A DNA stretch of 63,158 nucleotides, filler included, from Octopus bimaculoides (GCF_001194135.2; 5 parts of 5 records of this genome joined end to end with filler, not necessarily neighbours in it), one strand, 5' to 3'; counted from the first letter of the whole stretch, positions 24,632 to 37,623 are shown. Made by a program: numbers and translations. Notes: a model not told the origin generated them from the sequence alone.

Positions 24632-24850
24632 TTCTTCTTTGACTCGTTTCAGTCATTAGACTGTGGCCAATCTGGGGCACTGCCACGGAGAATTTAAGTC
24701 GAACAAATCGGCCCTATTACTTATGTTTTTGTTTCAGAGTCCGGTACTTATAATATCGGTTTTTTTTGCCGAACTGCTAAGTTATGGTGGAAGTAAAAAC
24801 ACCCACACCTGTTGTGGAGCTGTGATGGAGGAGAAGCGCAGACGAAAAGA
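24632..24850 (-). mobile_element. 3' half of SINE family B
   Basis: tttgactcgtttcagtcattagactgtggcca...tttttgccgaactgctaagttatgg matches family B. Confidence 0.8.
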
Positions 24851-25324
24851 CACACACACTCACACATATACACATGCACACACAGATACACTCACAAACT
24901 CACACAGACATTATTAAATAAGATTTGGATAGAAACCTTGTAGAATGTTATGCATGACACGCCCAGAGTTGCCTTATAATATACATCGTATTCACACATT
25001 CGCATATATATGGCAGACTCTCCCGTCGTTAGACGACGTATGATATTTGACAATTTCTTACCGAACAACCACACATATTATTTGGTTATATTGATCAAAT
25101 GTTTGTGTACACATAAGGTCTCTCCTTCCGTTTGATCGATATTACCTGTGCAGGTGCAACTGGGTGCCACATGTCAGATGTCGAAATGACCGCAGAGCAA
25201 CGTGAAATTAAGTGCTTTGTTCAAGAACACAACGCAACACATGGTCTGGGAATCAAACCCGCGATCTCGCAATGCCATGCGCCTTCACTACGCATATATA
25301 TATATATATAAACGAGTAACAAAA

Positions 25325-26227
25325 TGTACAGGTGTCAATCTATTACAGCCGTTCCAAGCGGCTCTTTTAATTGATTTTTGTGAACATTACATCAGTTTGA
25401 AAGAAACTGTTCTTGTCAGATTAATTTTTACCATGAACTTCTAAACATTATGGTTAGGAAAAGTCTTAATAGTTTTTCCGATATATTAATGTATCCCATT
25501 ATTAAGTTTTACATTTAATCTCTATCCTTATTCTATATACTGATTTAAATTTTCTCAGTTTAATATTATAAATTTGTTACCTCCCGTGTTCTTCAATTCG
25601 AAAGTTTATATTAATTATCCCCTTTGGTTTTTCATTATATTTCCCTTTAATTTGATCATCCAAATAAGTATTAGCTACCCTTATCAGTCTTTCTTCCATT
25701 TACCACTCCTTTCGTATCAGGCATTCCCTTACTTGTTACTGTACAACCTTCACTTTTGTGTGCATAAAGCTAGATATATGGTTCCAGTACATTGAGAGTC
25801 AAGAAGATTGTCTAACATTGATTTATCACCATTAACTAGAATACAGTTGACAACTCTCAATGGATTTAATTTTAAATGGTTGAAGACTACATCCTACATA
25901 AAGTCTTCTGAATATAAGTAACTAGGTCACCACTCTTTCTTTTCCTGACCACCAACTATTTCCTCTGCTACTGTCTAAATAATAGTAGGCTTGATGTGGC
26001 ATGTATTATCTTCTAAATTCATTCTGCCACAGATATGACAAAAGAGACAATGTAAATATTTTGAGTTCTTTTACTGATGTAAATATTATTAAAATATAGT
26101 TATATTTTTATGTTTGAAGTTAATGCGGTCATCTGACGAGAACAGTTTGTTTCAACTTGATGTAATGTTTTCATTAATCAATTAAAGGAGCCGACTGAAA
26201 CGGCCGTAATGAATTGACACCTGCACA
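25325..26227. repeat. 97-bp inverted repeat pair (25325-25421 and 26131-26227, about 80% identical); possible old TIR element
   Basis: tgtacaggtgtcaatctattacagccgttccaagcggctcttttaattga...gaaactgttcttgtcagat aligns with the reverse complement tgtgcaggtgtcaattcattacggccgtttcagtcggctcctttaattga...caaactgttctcgtcagat. Confidence 0.8.
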
Positions 26228-26744
26228 TCTTTGTTACTCATTTATATTCTGTTCACCTAACTTGGAATCTGCACCTCGGAAATACTATAGAGAGTACCTT
26301 TATAAAAGTACATATCTGGATTACCAAGAGCAGATATCTTCATTTAGCTGGATTGCGTTTTCTGCACACACGACAGGAAAATCAGGTACAGTAATCCGTA
26401 CATGGAGTCTTGATATTCAATATTCAATTAATATTGTTTGAGGTGTACGGATTGCATCGGACCAAGCAACGTGCCAAAAATTCAGTTAATAAATGAAAAA
26501 TGCATTAGATATAAATATATATACACGCACACACATGTATACGCACATACATGCTTACGCACATAATTATATGTGAAAGGAAAATAAAAACTCAAAATGA
26601 TCATGTTTTCTTTTATGAGCCTGTACAAATATATTAACATATTTTTTCGAAATGATTCCCATTTTATTTATTGGTAAAGATTTTATGTAACCCCGATCAA
26701 TGCGTTAACGTTTAGTTGTTTGCAAGTTAATTGTCGAATAAAAA

Positions 26745-27035
26745 TTAACATTAGAAATGATCTAATTATAAATCTCACGGAGAGATTTAAGCAGCAGTGT
26801 TACGATAAAGCAGTTGTATGCTGTCAACTCAATGTGACAGTCCCAATAAGGGAATCATACTGCTGCTATTTAGCCCTAGGAAGCTGGACTGCTTTCTGTT
26901 GGCCTTGACATATTTCCTGTGTCCTTATATTTGCGAGGGAGAGACAAGCACCTCCACCCAGCTCAGTGTGCATTCAGGGACATGTTTGTGCGTCATTGCT
27001 CGTCATCAGCCTGAAGTAGCAACACTAGCTGGTTG
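26745..27035 (+). mobile_element. Interspersed repeat of unassigned class; second copy inverted at 50130-50300
   Basis: attagaaatgatctaattataaatctcac.gagaga.ttaagcagcagtgttacgataaagcagttgtat...gtcccaataagggaatcatactgctgctatttagccctaggaagctggac is over 90% identical at both loci. Confidence 0.8.
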
Positions 27036-27473
27036 AAAATGCATGTTAAACTCTCGCAAATATATATATATTAATAAACATGTTTTTCTTTTATTTTCAA
27101 AATGGTATCCTTCAAAAGTTATGTTTCTGTACTTTGCACTCATTCAGAATGGGAAACCTAGATATGCTGTGAAATACTTAATCTTCAGAAAATTTTCAGA
27201 ATTACATTAATGTTATCCAATAAGTCGAAGACTATCACTTCAACAAGTATGAATATTAAATCTAGTTTCAGAAACCTTATTTGAATAACCGGTTCGTTCA
27301 ATTTTCTGAGAACATTCTTGCTCAGTATCTTCAAATATTTCAGCCAAAAAAAAAAAAAAAAAAAAAAAAAATCATTGTTTTCCAAAAACGTTTTAAAATA
27401 CGGCTTGATTGATGTAGCACACATAATTACCAGGATTTATAAATTGCAGTAAGTTGGATGAGTTGGATAACAT

Positions 27474-27712
27474 CAGTTATTCTCTTAGCTGGGTTCATTA
27501 TGACCATTTTGTTAGAATTTATATGCAATTAATTAGTTATACTTCTATAATATTTTAAATATTTTCAGAAATTTTAAAATACAATTTTCTAATATTTAAT
27601 TATGGAATTATAATGGGATAATTTTTTTTTAACCAATTATGGCTATGAGCGTCCACCTGGGTACGATGGAATCAAATCGGGTCTATAAGTGAAAAATGGC
27701 TGAGAACCACTG
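27474..27712. mobile_element. Degenerate hAT-type MITE
   Basis: Ends cagttattctc... and ...ggctgagaaccactg (CAGTGGTTCTCA-type TIR); no TSD recognisable. Confidence 0.45.
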
Positions 27713-28079
27713 CATTAGAACGTCAGATAGAATGTCCAAAGAATGTAAGGCGCAATCGGTAGTTATTAATTTTAATATACTATTCAGTGATCACGTGTAG
27801 ATCTGAGTTGATTCTCTGTTCAAAATCATGTCAGAAGGAAGAAAGCTTTTATTAATACATGCGCGATGTATATCACGTCCATGAAGAGATATCTATTATG
27901 GTTCGATCCCAGACTACAGAAGACGAAGTAGCTGCTGATTTTTTTTTACTGTTTTATGTTTATTTATTTATTTGCTTATTTAATTTTCTAAAACACGGTA
28001 AACTAAAACGCTAATTATTTAAAATAACGTTTTTTTTACTCAAATTACGGAGCATTTGAAGGCCTTTCTGAGGAAAGAT

Positions 28080-28336
28080 AACTATGATGATGACAACGAT
28101 GATAAACACAACGGTGATGATGACTATCATGATTATGGCAATGTTGGCGATGACGATGATGATAATGACGATGACGATGACGATGATGATGACGAAGATG
28201 ATGACGATGATGATGTTGATAATGATGTTGATAATGATGTTGATGATGATGATGATGATGACGATGTCGACGACGACGACGATGATGGTGATGACTGTGA
28301 TAATTGCGTTGATGATGACGACCACGACGACGACCA

Positions 28337-28370
<34 letters not shown>

Positions 28371-28759
28371 TATGAATATGATGATGATGATGACTATGAT
28401 GATAGTGATGATGGTGATGATGATGATTACGACGATGATGTCGATGATAGTGTTGATGATGATGGTGATGATGAAAATAATAGTAATGATTATGATGATG
28501 ATGATGATGATGATAATGATGGTGAGGATGATGGGGATCGTGATCATAATGATAACATTGATGATGTTGATGATGATGATGATGATGACGATTCCATAAG
28601 ATTGGAGATGTGGTAGGAGATGCTAACGATAAGGATAAAGAAGAGTAGTGAGAAAGAAGGCTGAGGATGTGAGGAAGGAGAGGGTAGGTGGAGGAGTAGG
28701 TGTAGGAGGAGGGAAGGAGGAGGAGAATGAAGAGGTGTATCACAACGAAGAGAAGAAAA

Positions 28760-28819
<60 letters not shown>

Positions 28820-28844
28820 ACTACTACTACTACTACTGCTGCTG

Positions 28845-28886
<42 letters not shown>

Positions 28887-28930
28887 GGACGACGACGATG
28901 ACTCGGCGGCGGCGGCGACGACGACCAGGA
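28080..28930. repeat. Long degenerate (GAT/GAC)n tract, GA-rich tract and compound (CTA)n/(CTG)n/(CGG)n microsatellite
   Basis: Direct inspection. Confidence 0.9.
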
Positions 28931-29899
28931 TCACGACGACCATGATATTTCCAGAAAACTCCTCCTCATTAGTCTCCCATTGATACATGTAACGAATTTA
29001 AATCCCAAGTGCTACTCACTGGGTTCGAACGCCTTGAGCTTCCATTCGCTGCTTATTTAATTTCAATACCTGACTCTTCAAAGATTTTTCTCCTTCATAA
29101 AGTTTATTACTTTGTTGCTACGTTTGTTATGGCAGTAGTTGTTTTTGTTAATGTTGTTGTTGTTGTTGGTGGTGGTGGTGTTCTTGAGATATTTATATAC
29201 ACAACTTTCATTAGAGACATGCCTCGATAGGTGTGTTTTCATATATATATANNNNNNNNNNNNNNNNNNNNNNNNNNNNNNNNNNNNNNNNNNNNNNNNN
29301 NNNNNNNNNNNNNNNNNNNNNNNNNNNNNNNNNNNNNNNNNNNNNNNNNNNNNNNNNNNNNNNNNNNNNNNNNNNNNNNNNNNNNNNNNNNNNNNNNNNN
29401 NNNNNNNNNNNNNNNNNNNNNNNNNNNNNNNNNNNNNNNNNNNNNNNNNNNNNNNNNNNNNNNNNNNNNNNNNNNNNNNNNNNNNNNNNNNNNNNNNNNN
29501 NNNNNNNNNNNNNNNNNNNNNNNNNNNNNNNNNNNNNNNNNNNNNNNNNNNNNNNNNNNNNNNNNNNNNNNNNNNNNNNNNNNNNNNNNNNNNNNNNNNN
29601 NNNNNNNNNNNNNNNNNNNNNNNNNNNNNNNNNNNNNNNNNNNNNNNNNNNNNNNNNNNNNNNNNNNNNNNNNNNNNNNNNATATATATGTATGTACATA
29701 TATGTGTATGTACATATGTATATATGTACATATATATACATATATATGAATATGTATATATTTATATATATGTATATGTGTGTACATGCATGTGTGTATG
29801 TATGTGTATGCATATATGTGTGTGTGTAGATGTTTGTGTGTATAGGTTGCTTTCGTGTGTTAGCATTTGAATGTATAAGATTCAGTGCTTGCATGTGTT

Positions 29900-29941
<42 letters not shown>

Positions 29942-30520
29942 CGCGCGCGCGTGTAATCGTATCTTATCTGTGAGCGAATGGATTACAATTAAAGAGAAAG
30001 TCAGTAACCATTGCAATTTAGCCATAAATTGTAAGTCTTTTAATCAAAGTTATCCATCCCTACATATTTTAAACCAGCAAAAAATTGTTTTAATTAGATG
30101 TTTCCCCTTCCCGGCTAAATAGTCACCAAGACTTCAGGTTATAATCGAGAGTATATTGAGTATATATATGAATTATATGTAAACAAAATGAAAGCGTCCC
30201 ACTCTGACAGTTAACAGAAATTAATGTCATGCAATGCATTAGCTTGTATTAAAATGTCTGTGTGTTTATATGGTGCGTTTATGTGTGAGCGTGTGAGTAT
30301 GTGTGTGAGTGTAAGTGTGCATGTGTGTGTGTATGGATGTGTGTGTCAAAACGGGAGTGGGAGAGAGATATTGTAAAAATACAAGATTTCATGTTCATTA
30401 TAAATATGTATACCCACACGCACACACATATTTTCATGTATGTATGTATGTATGTATGTATATATATATATTTATATAAAATATGTGTGTGGTATATTTC
30501 TAGTATGCATTTATATAGAT

Positions 30521-30560
<40 letters not shown>

Positions 30561-30695
30561 NNNNNNNNNNNNNNNNNNNNNNNNNNNNNNNNNNNNNNNN
30601 NNNNNNNNNNNNNNNNNNNNNNNNNNNNNNNNNNNNNNNNNNNNNNNNNNNNNNNNNNNNNNNNNNNNNNNNNNNTATATATATAACATATATAG

Positions 30696-30732
<37 letters not shown>

Positions 30733-31249
30733 CATGTATACATACACCAGAAAATTGGGCACGTGCGTGCGCACATACACTCATGTAATTGTAAAGAAGG
30801 AATCCGACATCACCTACGCAGGAACTTGTGGAATGTCGGCGTAGAAAGTTTGATAAAAGTTATGGTTATTAGATCGGTACATGTGTATGGCCATGTATGT
30901 CCGGGTATGTGCGTGTGGGTGAATGAGTGTGTGTATGTGAGATATGTGTATATTGTAGTATGTGTGTATGTGTGAGTATATATATATATATGTATGTGTG
31001 TGTGTGCGTGCGTGTGTACACACACATATTCATAAATATATACATGTATATAGCACCTGTATATTCTTATATCCAGCGCCTTTATAAAGGTTCCCGTATT
31101 GGTTAGTGCTGTGATAATTTTAGTTGATTATTCCGGAACCATCACTAATTAGGTAGGCCTTTGTTTAAAGCATGCTAGCATTGAAATTTCCATTCTTTCT
31201 TCAGATATTGTGTACAAACTAATTAGACTGTATCGAGCATTTAGGTGGG

Positions 31250-31990
31250 GCAGAACTTTTGACTAGGATCCTACCAATTCTTTTTCAAAATAACTCATCT
31301 GTGATTCCTTCCGTCTATGACCGGTTTTCACATGTGGCTTCAAGAACTGATTGAATGCGGCAACTTCTACGTGACACTCTAAACCAGATTGATGGCGGCA
31401 AACGCGTTTAAATTATCAGTGAAATTCTTTATGTGCTTGTCAGCTATAGCATGTTAAAATTGGATTTTCTGTTGAAGTCTGTGGAGGGCAATCGGCATCA
31501 GTGATAGAGATAAACGGAAGACAACAATCAGCAACTTCGCTGGAGTACACGTGCCTCAGAGTAGCGTGAGACGCAAGAATAACTCTGATCATCACGCTAC
31601 TTTCTTGGACAAGCTCCAGTTGTTTGACCCTCCTTGCCAAGGCTAGATGTCTACGAGAAAGTAATAAGTCTGAACATCTGGAGCAGAACTCCTTTGCTAA
31701 AATCCAAGACAAGCACAAGTCGAACTTCTTAAAACTAGAAACAGATAGAATATGTTTGGTTTCGCTGGCCACCATATCATTTCTTTACCTCTTTGCTCCT
31801 GACGAGAAAACGGACGCTGTAGTATAGATGGACGCTGTCACAATTTTTTGACGTGTATGCATGATGGCATCCCTTGTTGCTGATGATCTTGTTTAAAATT
31901 TTTGCTCGGTATCGAACAACTGGAATCTTGATCATTTTTGAAAATTGGTAACGAATTAGATAAAGGATTACGTTACCCAACACTTTTTAT
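31250..31990 (-). mobile_element. Possible highly decayed DNA-transposon ORF relic
   Basis: Non-microsatellite, more GC-balanced block. The minus strand contains NDMVASETKH..., reminiscent of the DLVAxEAKYH motif of large unclassified or Academ-like transposases. Many stops and frameshifts. Confidence 0.25.
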
Positions 31991-32231
31991 CTCATACATA
32001 AAATAACAACTTGCTATTTCTAGCATGTCAGTGAATTACAACGATAGATAAACAGGCTTGGAATGATGCGTAGCTTCAAAAATGCTGATAGAAAAGAAAC
32101 AGGAGAAAGTTAAGTGAGTCACATAGTTACGCATACTTGTTTGTGTGCATGCGTTGTATGCATATGCATACACATGCATATAGTCATATTTATATATGTA
32201 TAGACATATATTTGTTTATATATATATATGT

Positions 32232-32262
<31 letters not shown>

Positions 32263-32362
32263 NNNNNNNNNNNNNNNNNNNNNNNNNNNNNNNNNNNNNN
32301 NNNNNNTTAATTAATTAANNNNNNNNNNNNNNNNNNNNNNNNNNNNNNNNNNNNNNNNNNNN

Positions 32363-32420
<58 letters not shown>

Positions 32421-32737
32421 CCCATCTGAAGTTAAGTTTGTTTTTATTGTTCTACTTTAGTTTAAACAACTCAGAAAATTTTAAGTAATGTCCATAAATA
32501 TTTCAACATTCTCTGTGGTGAGTGCCTTGAAACGAAACATAACTTTCTGAAGGAACACCAGGGGTTGTAACTTTGGTTTCTGCATAGACCAAATCACAAC
32601 GCTCATGCATAAATACACATAAAAACACAGACATACACAAACCTATGCGCAGAGAGGGATAAATTCCGCAGAAAGACAAGATGGAATAGACAGGACAAGA
32701 TAGCCACTGAAGAGGTCATAGTATGTTTGAAAAATAA

Positions 32738-32796
<59 letters not shown>

Positions 32797-33100
32797 ATAA
32801 TAATAATAAAAATAATAATAATGAGGATCAAATAACAGTTCGTATGTTTACTGGCAAAAATGACCGTCTTCCAATATAAAAAATATTTCTTTTAGTACAC
32901 AATTGCACATCAAGTATATATATCTACCTACCTTCCTACCTACCTACCTACCTACCTACCTACCTACCTACCTATCTACCTACCTAAGTACCTACATACA
33001 AACATACATACATACAAACATACATACATACATACAAGCATGCAAATATGCATGCAAACATACACGCATGCATACATACATACATACATACATACACACA

Positions 33101-33134
<34 letters not shown>

Positions 33135-34614
33135 CATACATACATATAATTTCCAATTGAAACTTGAATCGAAAAGCAAACTCTCAGCTTCAGGATGAAT
33201 GAAAAACCATTTCCTCTTCGGCATATATTGAGTACGTCTTTCTCATTCGTTCGACATTAAGCATCGTATGCATATGATATGTATATGTGTGTATATANNN
33301 NNNNNNNNNNNNNNNNNNNNNNNNNNNNNNNNNNNNNNNNNNNNNNNNNNNNNNNNNNNNNNNNNNNNNNNNNNNNNNNNNNNNNNNNNNNNNNNNNNNN
33401 NNNNNNNNNNNNNNNNNNNNNNNNNNNNNNNNNNNNNNNNNNNNNNNNNNNNNNNNNNNNNNNNNNNNNNNNNNNNNNNNNNNNNNNNNNNNNNNNNNNN
33501 NNNNNNNNNNNNNNNNNNNNNNNNNNNNNNNNNNNNNNNNNNNNNNNNNNNNNNNNNNNNNNNNNNNNNNNNNNNNNNNNNNNNNNNNNNNNTCCCACAT
33601 GACCATCGTTCATCTTTCTCTTCCTCACGTGATCAACTTTTTTCTTTCAGGACTGTCTTAAAGACAGCACGTATCCTGTCTCTGTCTTCTATCTTTTCTC
33701 TTGTCAAAGAAAATATTTCTCCAGCGTTCGCTATTTTACCCACTTTCTGGTCTAACGACCCTCCATGTATGCTTTCGTTCGGTTTCCCATAAATCTCAAA
33801 TTTTATTTTGGTACCTATGGGACCAACTGTCTTCCAAAACTCATATTGTCGTTGAATGCTCGAAATGAGGAGTAGATAGACAGCAGACAACTGATGAAGG
33901 GTCATTCATTATGTTACTTGTCCTGTTTCCCATTTGTTTCTTTCGTTGTTTGCGTATTGAACTCAATTGCTTTTGCATTTCATGTTGTTTACTGTTGGTA
34001 TCATCCTGTACCTATATTTTCATATATATATGGTGGTAGAATTATATATTCTTGTCCTTCTTTTATAAGTATCTGCCTCATATTCTTTGAATCACTTCAT
34101 TATAGCTAGTCTTACACAGTTTTGATAATCCCAAGCAAAATGTCCTCTTTCTCTTTAGTGTTAAGCAATCAAGTAGTCGAACGTAGAATCGCAAATTTGA
34201 AACTTTCTTTCCTTCTTGTCTCTCCTACGTCAACTAATGCCATTACAGACTGCAAATAAGAAATCCTGCTAATATGATTTGCATGTTGTAACAACAAAAC
34301 TGGATTATGGCTGCCTAAAAGAACACAGAACAAAGAAAGACGCGAAATAATGATGTCTTTCTTAGGCTTACTCTAAGAGGATTCCGTGTCTTAAGATGTA
34401 CAAGATAAAACATTTGCAAAACCCTCACGCATTTCGTATCATTAACAGATGACCAGTAGATTTACATGCTATGTTCTTCATCCAGTGTTTCTTTTCTTCT
34501 TTTGTAAGACTTCTTGTCATGGGGAAATGTTTATAGTAATACAATTAAAGATTGACTAAACTTAACATTTGAACCAACCAAGTCACCTATCATCTTTCGA
34601 TTATAGTAAATGTA

Positions 34615-35862
34615 TTATGTTGTTCCGAAAATAATAGCCGAATTCAGAAACATAATTTTCTTCTGGAAAAATTAACAATAGAAATGTTTTCATTAGTCAA
34701 AGTATAAGCCACGAACATCTATGCCATCAATCAGCGAGATTATTTGTGCCTCGTTGATAAAAAACTTATTGACTTTAATGCTAAGAAATCTTTGAAAGCT
34801 GATTCTACCTCTGTTTGGACCTGAAAGTTTTATCACATAAAAACGTACTTAAAGCTTATAAATGGAAGTTAGTGGGCGAAAGAACAGGAGAATATGGAGG
34901 ATGTGGTAAAGTCTCGTATCCCAGCGTCATCCTTGCAATATATGGCTTTGCATCATTGTGGAGCAGAATTGGGCCACGCCGATTCCCCCATGCAGGTCTC
35001 ATTTTTTGCAGGTGAGCATACATTTCAGCGAATTGATTGCAGTGAACCTCCACTGTAATGCTCTGATTGGATTTCAGAAAGCTGTAATGGACAACACCTA
35101 TCGCAGTCCAGCAGACAGTCACCATAATCCTTTGCTGACGCAACTCTGGCTTTGGGCAATCTTTGGAGGACTCATCACGATCAAGCCATTGACCTGATCA
35201 TTTATGGTTACCATAAAGGATGCACCTTCCGTCACAAGTGACCATTCGGTCAAGAAAAAGATCATTGATGCTTCGCAGAAAGAGCATCGAGCACACTTCA
35301 AAATGCCGAACATTCTGATTTTCATTGAGTTCATGCGGTACTCATTTATTGAGCTTTTGCACCTTACCAATCTTCTGCTGATTGCGTAGACCGTTGCAAT
35401 ACCGGCACTAAGTGCCTGAGACATTTCTCTGACACTTTGACGTGGGTTTTGTTCAACAATTGCTTGCAATTGTTCATTGTCAATACTGCATGACCGTCTT
35501 CCAACCTCCTCATCTTCAAGGCTCTCATCACCACTACAGAATTTCTGAAACCACCTTCATACTGTGTTATCACTTGTGGACCCCTCTCCCAATGCTCTTT
35601 GATATTGGTATCAGTTTGGGAGGCATTGTGTCCAAACTTGAATTCGTGCAAGAAAAGTAAGCAAAGGTCCTTTTTCTTTGTCATGTTCATAATTAAGGGT
35701 CTCTATGCTTCAAGAATGTTTTCTGTCTGAAATAAGTAGAAAATTATTAAAGAGCATACATCAGTATGTCGAAATTCATCTAAAATATAATTAAAATACT
35801 ATGATAAAATTGCGTTTCAAAACACAGCACTTAGAGCGGCCACTATTTTCGGAACAATCTAA
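34615..35862 (-). mobile_element. Full-length decayed mariner (DD34D) transposon, about 1.25 kb
   Basis: 26-bp TIRs ttatgttgttccgaaaataatagccg / cggccactattttcggaacaatctaa with TA on both sides. Broken ORFs: MTKKKDLCLLFLHEFKFGHNASQT..., IVEQNPRQSVREMSQAL, IMVTVCWTAIGVVHYSFL...GPILLHNDAKPY...ETLPHPPYSPVLSPTNFHL. Confidence 0.95.
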
Positions 35863-36189
35863 TAACTGGAGCCTCTCTCGACTGATCTTTGATTTGCATG
35901 TTAGGACCAAAATAATTCCAGCAGATATGAATTACCAACATTAGTATTTAGTGTCAAATGCATTGTTTCCTTTAGGGTAGAATTTCTACTTCGATTATAA
36001 ATAACTGATAAGACTGCATATTAGAAATTAGAGAGTAAAAAATATTTCTTTCGGCAAAAATTCTTCATAAGCCTGTAATAGATAATACAAAACAGTAAAA
36101 CGCTGTATCTGATAACAGTAACGATACAAACATACACACGCATGCGCACTTATATTAAAACGCTGTATTAATGTACGTCATTTTATCTC

Positions 36190-36416
36190 TTATCTTATCC
36201 TTCTGTTGTTCCAGTCTTTAGACCGTGGCCGGGCTGGGGCACCGCTTTGAAGAAAATTTAGTCGAATGAATCGACTCCAGTGCTTAATTATTTTAAGTCT
36301 GGTACTTATTCTCTCGCTGTATTTTACCGAACCGCTAGGTTGCAGGACGTGAAGACATCAACACCAGTTGTAAAATGTTAAACAGTGGCAGGACACAAAC
36401 ACAGATAAACACACAC

Positions 36417-36456
<40 letters not shown>

Positions 36457-36740
36457 GACGGGCTTTTTTCAGTTTCCGTCTATTAAATCTACTCGATCTT
36501 GCATGTATGTGTGCGTGTGTGTGTGTGTGTGTGTGTAACTTTGTGTCTATGTTTGTCTCTCATCATTGTTTGACAGCCGGTGTTGGTCTGTTTACGTCTA
36601 GGTAACCTAGCGACTCAGCAAACAGACCGATAAATTAAGTGTCAGGTTTTAAAAAGAATATGCAGTGAGAATTCGATCGTTTGATTAACAAAGCGGTGCT
36701 CCAGCATGGGCCGCTGTCCAATGACTAAAACAAGAAAAAT
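36190..36740. mobile_element. Two 5'-truncated family B SINEs in inverted (head-to-head) orientation
   Basis: 36190-36495 is a minus-strand copy (ccgtggccgggctggggcaccgc...ccgaaccgctagg...acgacgggc) and 36510-36740 a plus-strand copy (gtttgacagccggtgttgg...gcggtgctccagcatgggccgc). Confidence 0.8.
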
Positions 36741-36811
36741 ATAACAGTTAAAAGACAAAATTATATATTTGGTGATTTCGAAGTAATTTCCATTCACCGT
36801 TGGAAATTATG

Positions 36812-37137
36812 AAGGCGCGTGGCTTAGTGGTACCGGGTATTCGACTCGCGATCATAGGGTCACGAGTTCGATTCCTGACTGCACGTTGTGTTCTTGAGCA
36901 AGACACTTTATTTCACGTTGCTCGAGTTCACTCAGCTGGCAAAAAATGAGTAGTACATGTATTTCAAGGGGCCAGCCTTGTCACAATTTCTGTCACGCAG
37001 AATCTCCCGAGAAGTGTGTGAAGGGGTGCGTGTGTCTGTGGAGTGCTCAGCCACTTGCACGTTAATCTCGTGAGCAGACTGTTCCGCTGATCGGATCAAC
37101 TGGAACCCGCGTCGTCGTAAGCGACGGAGTGCCAGCG
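36812..37137 (+). mobile_element. Full-length tRNA-derived SINE family M
   Basis: gaaggcgcgtggcttagtgg...cgagttcgattcc, the gtgttcttgagcaagacact core, and the 3' cgtcgtaagcgacggagtgcc. Confidence 0.9.
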
Positions 37138-37148
37138 GAACTTTTAAT

Positions 37149-37623
37149 ATCACTGGAAATATTATTTTCTACTCTAGGCATAAGGTCCGAAATTTTGGAG
37201 GAGGGGCCAGTCGATTGGATCGACCTCAGTACGCAGCTGGTACTTAATTTATCGATTCCGAAAGGATGAAAGGCAAAGTCGACCTTGGCTGAATTTTTAC
37301 TTAGAACGTAAAGACAGACGAAATACCACTAAGCATTTCGCACAGCACACTAACGTTTCTGCAAGCTCACCGCCTTACTTCACTAGAAACATTCTTTTCT
37401 ACTCTAAGCACAAGGCCCGAAATTTTTTGAGAGGGGGCCAGTCGAATATATCGACTCCATACGCAACTGGTACTTAGTTTATCGACTTCGAAAGGATGAA
37501 AGGCAAAGTCTAACTCGGTGGAATTTGAACTTAAAACGTAAAGACAGACGAAATACAGCTATTCATTTCGCCCGGCGTGCTAACGATTCTGCCAGCTCAC
37601 CGCCTTACATCACTGGAAATATT
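37149..37623 (-). mobile_element. Two tandem family D SINEs bounded and separated by three copies of a 15-16 bp motif
   Basis: atcactggaaatatt (37149-37163), SINE, cttcactagaaacatt (37378-37393), SINE, catcactggaaatatt (37608-37623). Confidence 0.9.

Noticed and set aside
28045-28743. Asp-rich (186 aa, plus strand) and His-rich (232 aa, minus strand) ORFs, suggestive of biomineral or beak proteins
   Set aside because: (GAT)n is intrinsically stop-free in five of six frames. There is no signal peptide or splice context, and none of the GHG-type motifs of real His-rich beak proteins.
29017-29130. Possible minus-strand small exon ending at a GTGAGT donor (EWKLKAFEP or RMEAQGVRT)
   Set aside because: The acceptor is weak, the frame is ambiguous and there is no recognisable homology. 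Such signals are expected by chance in 63 kb.
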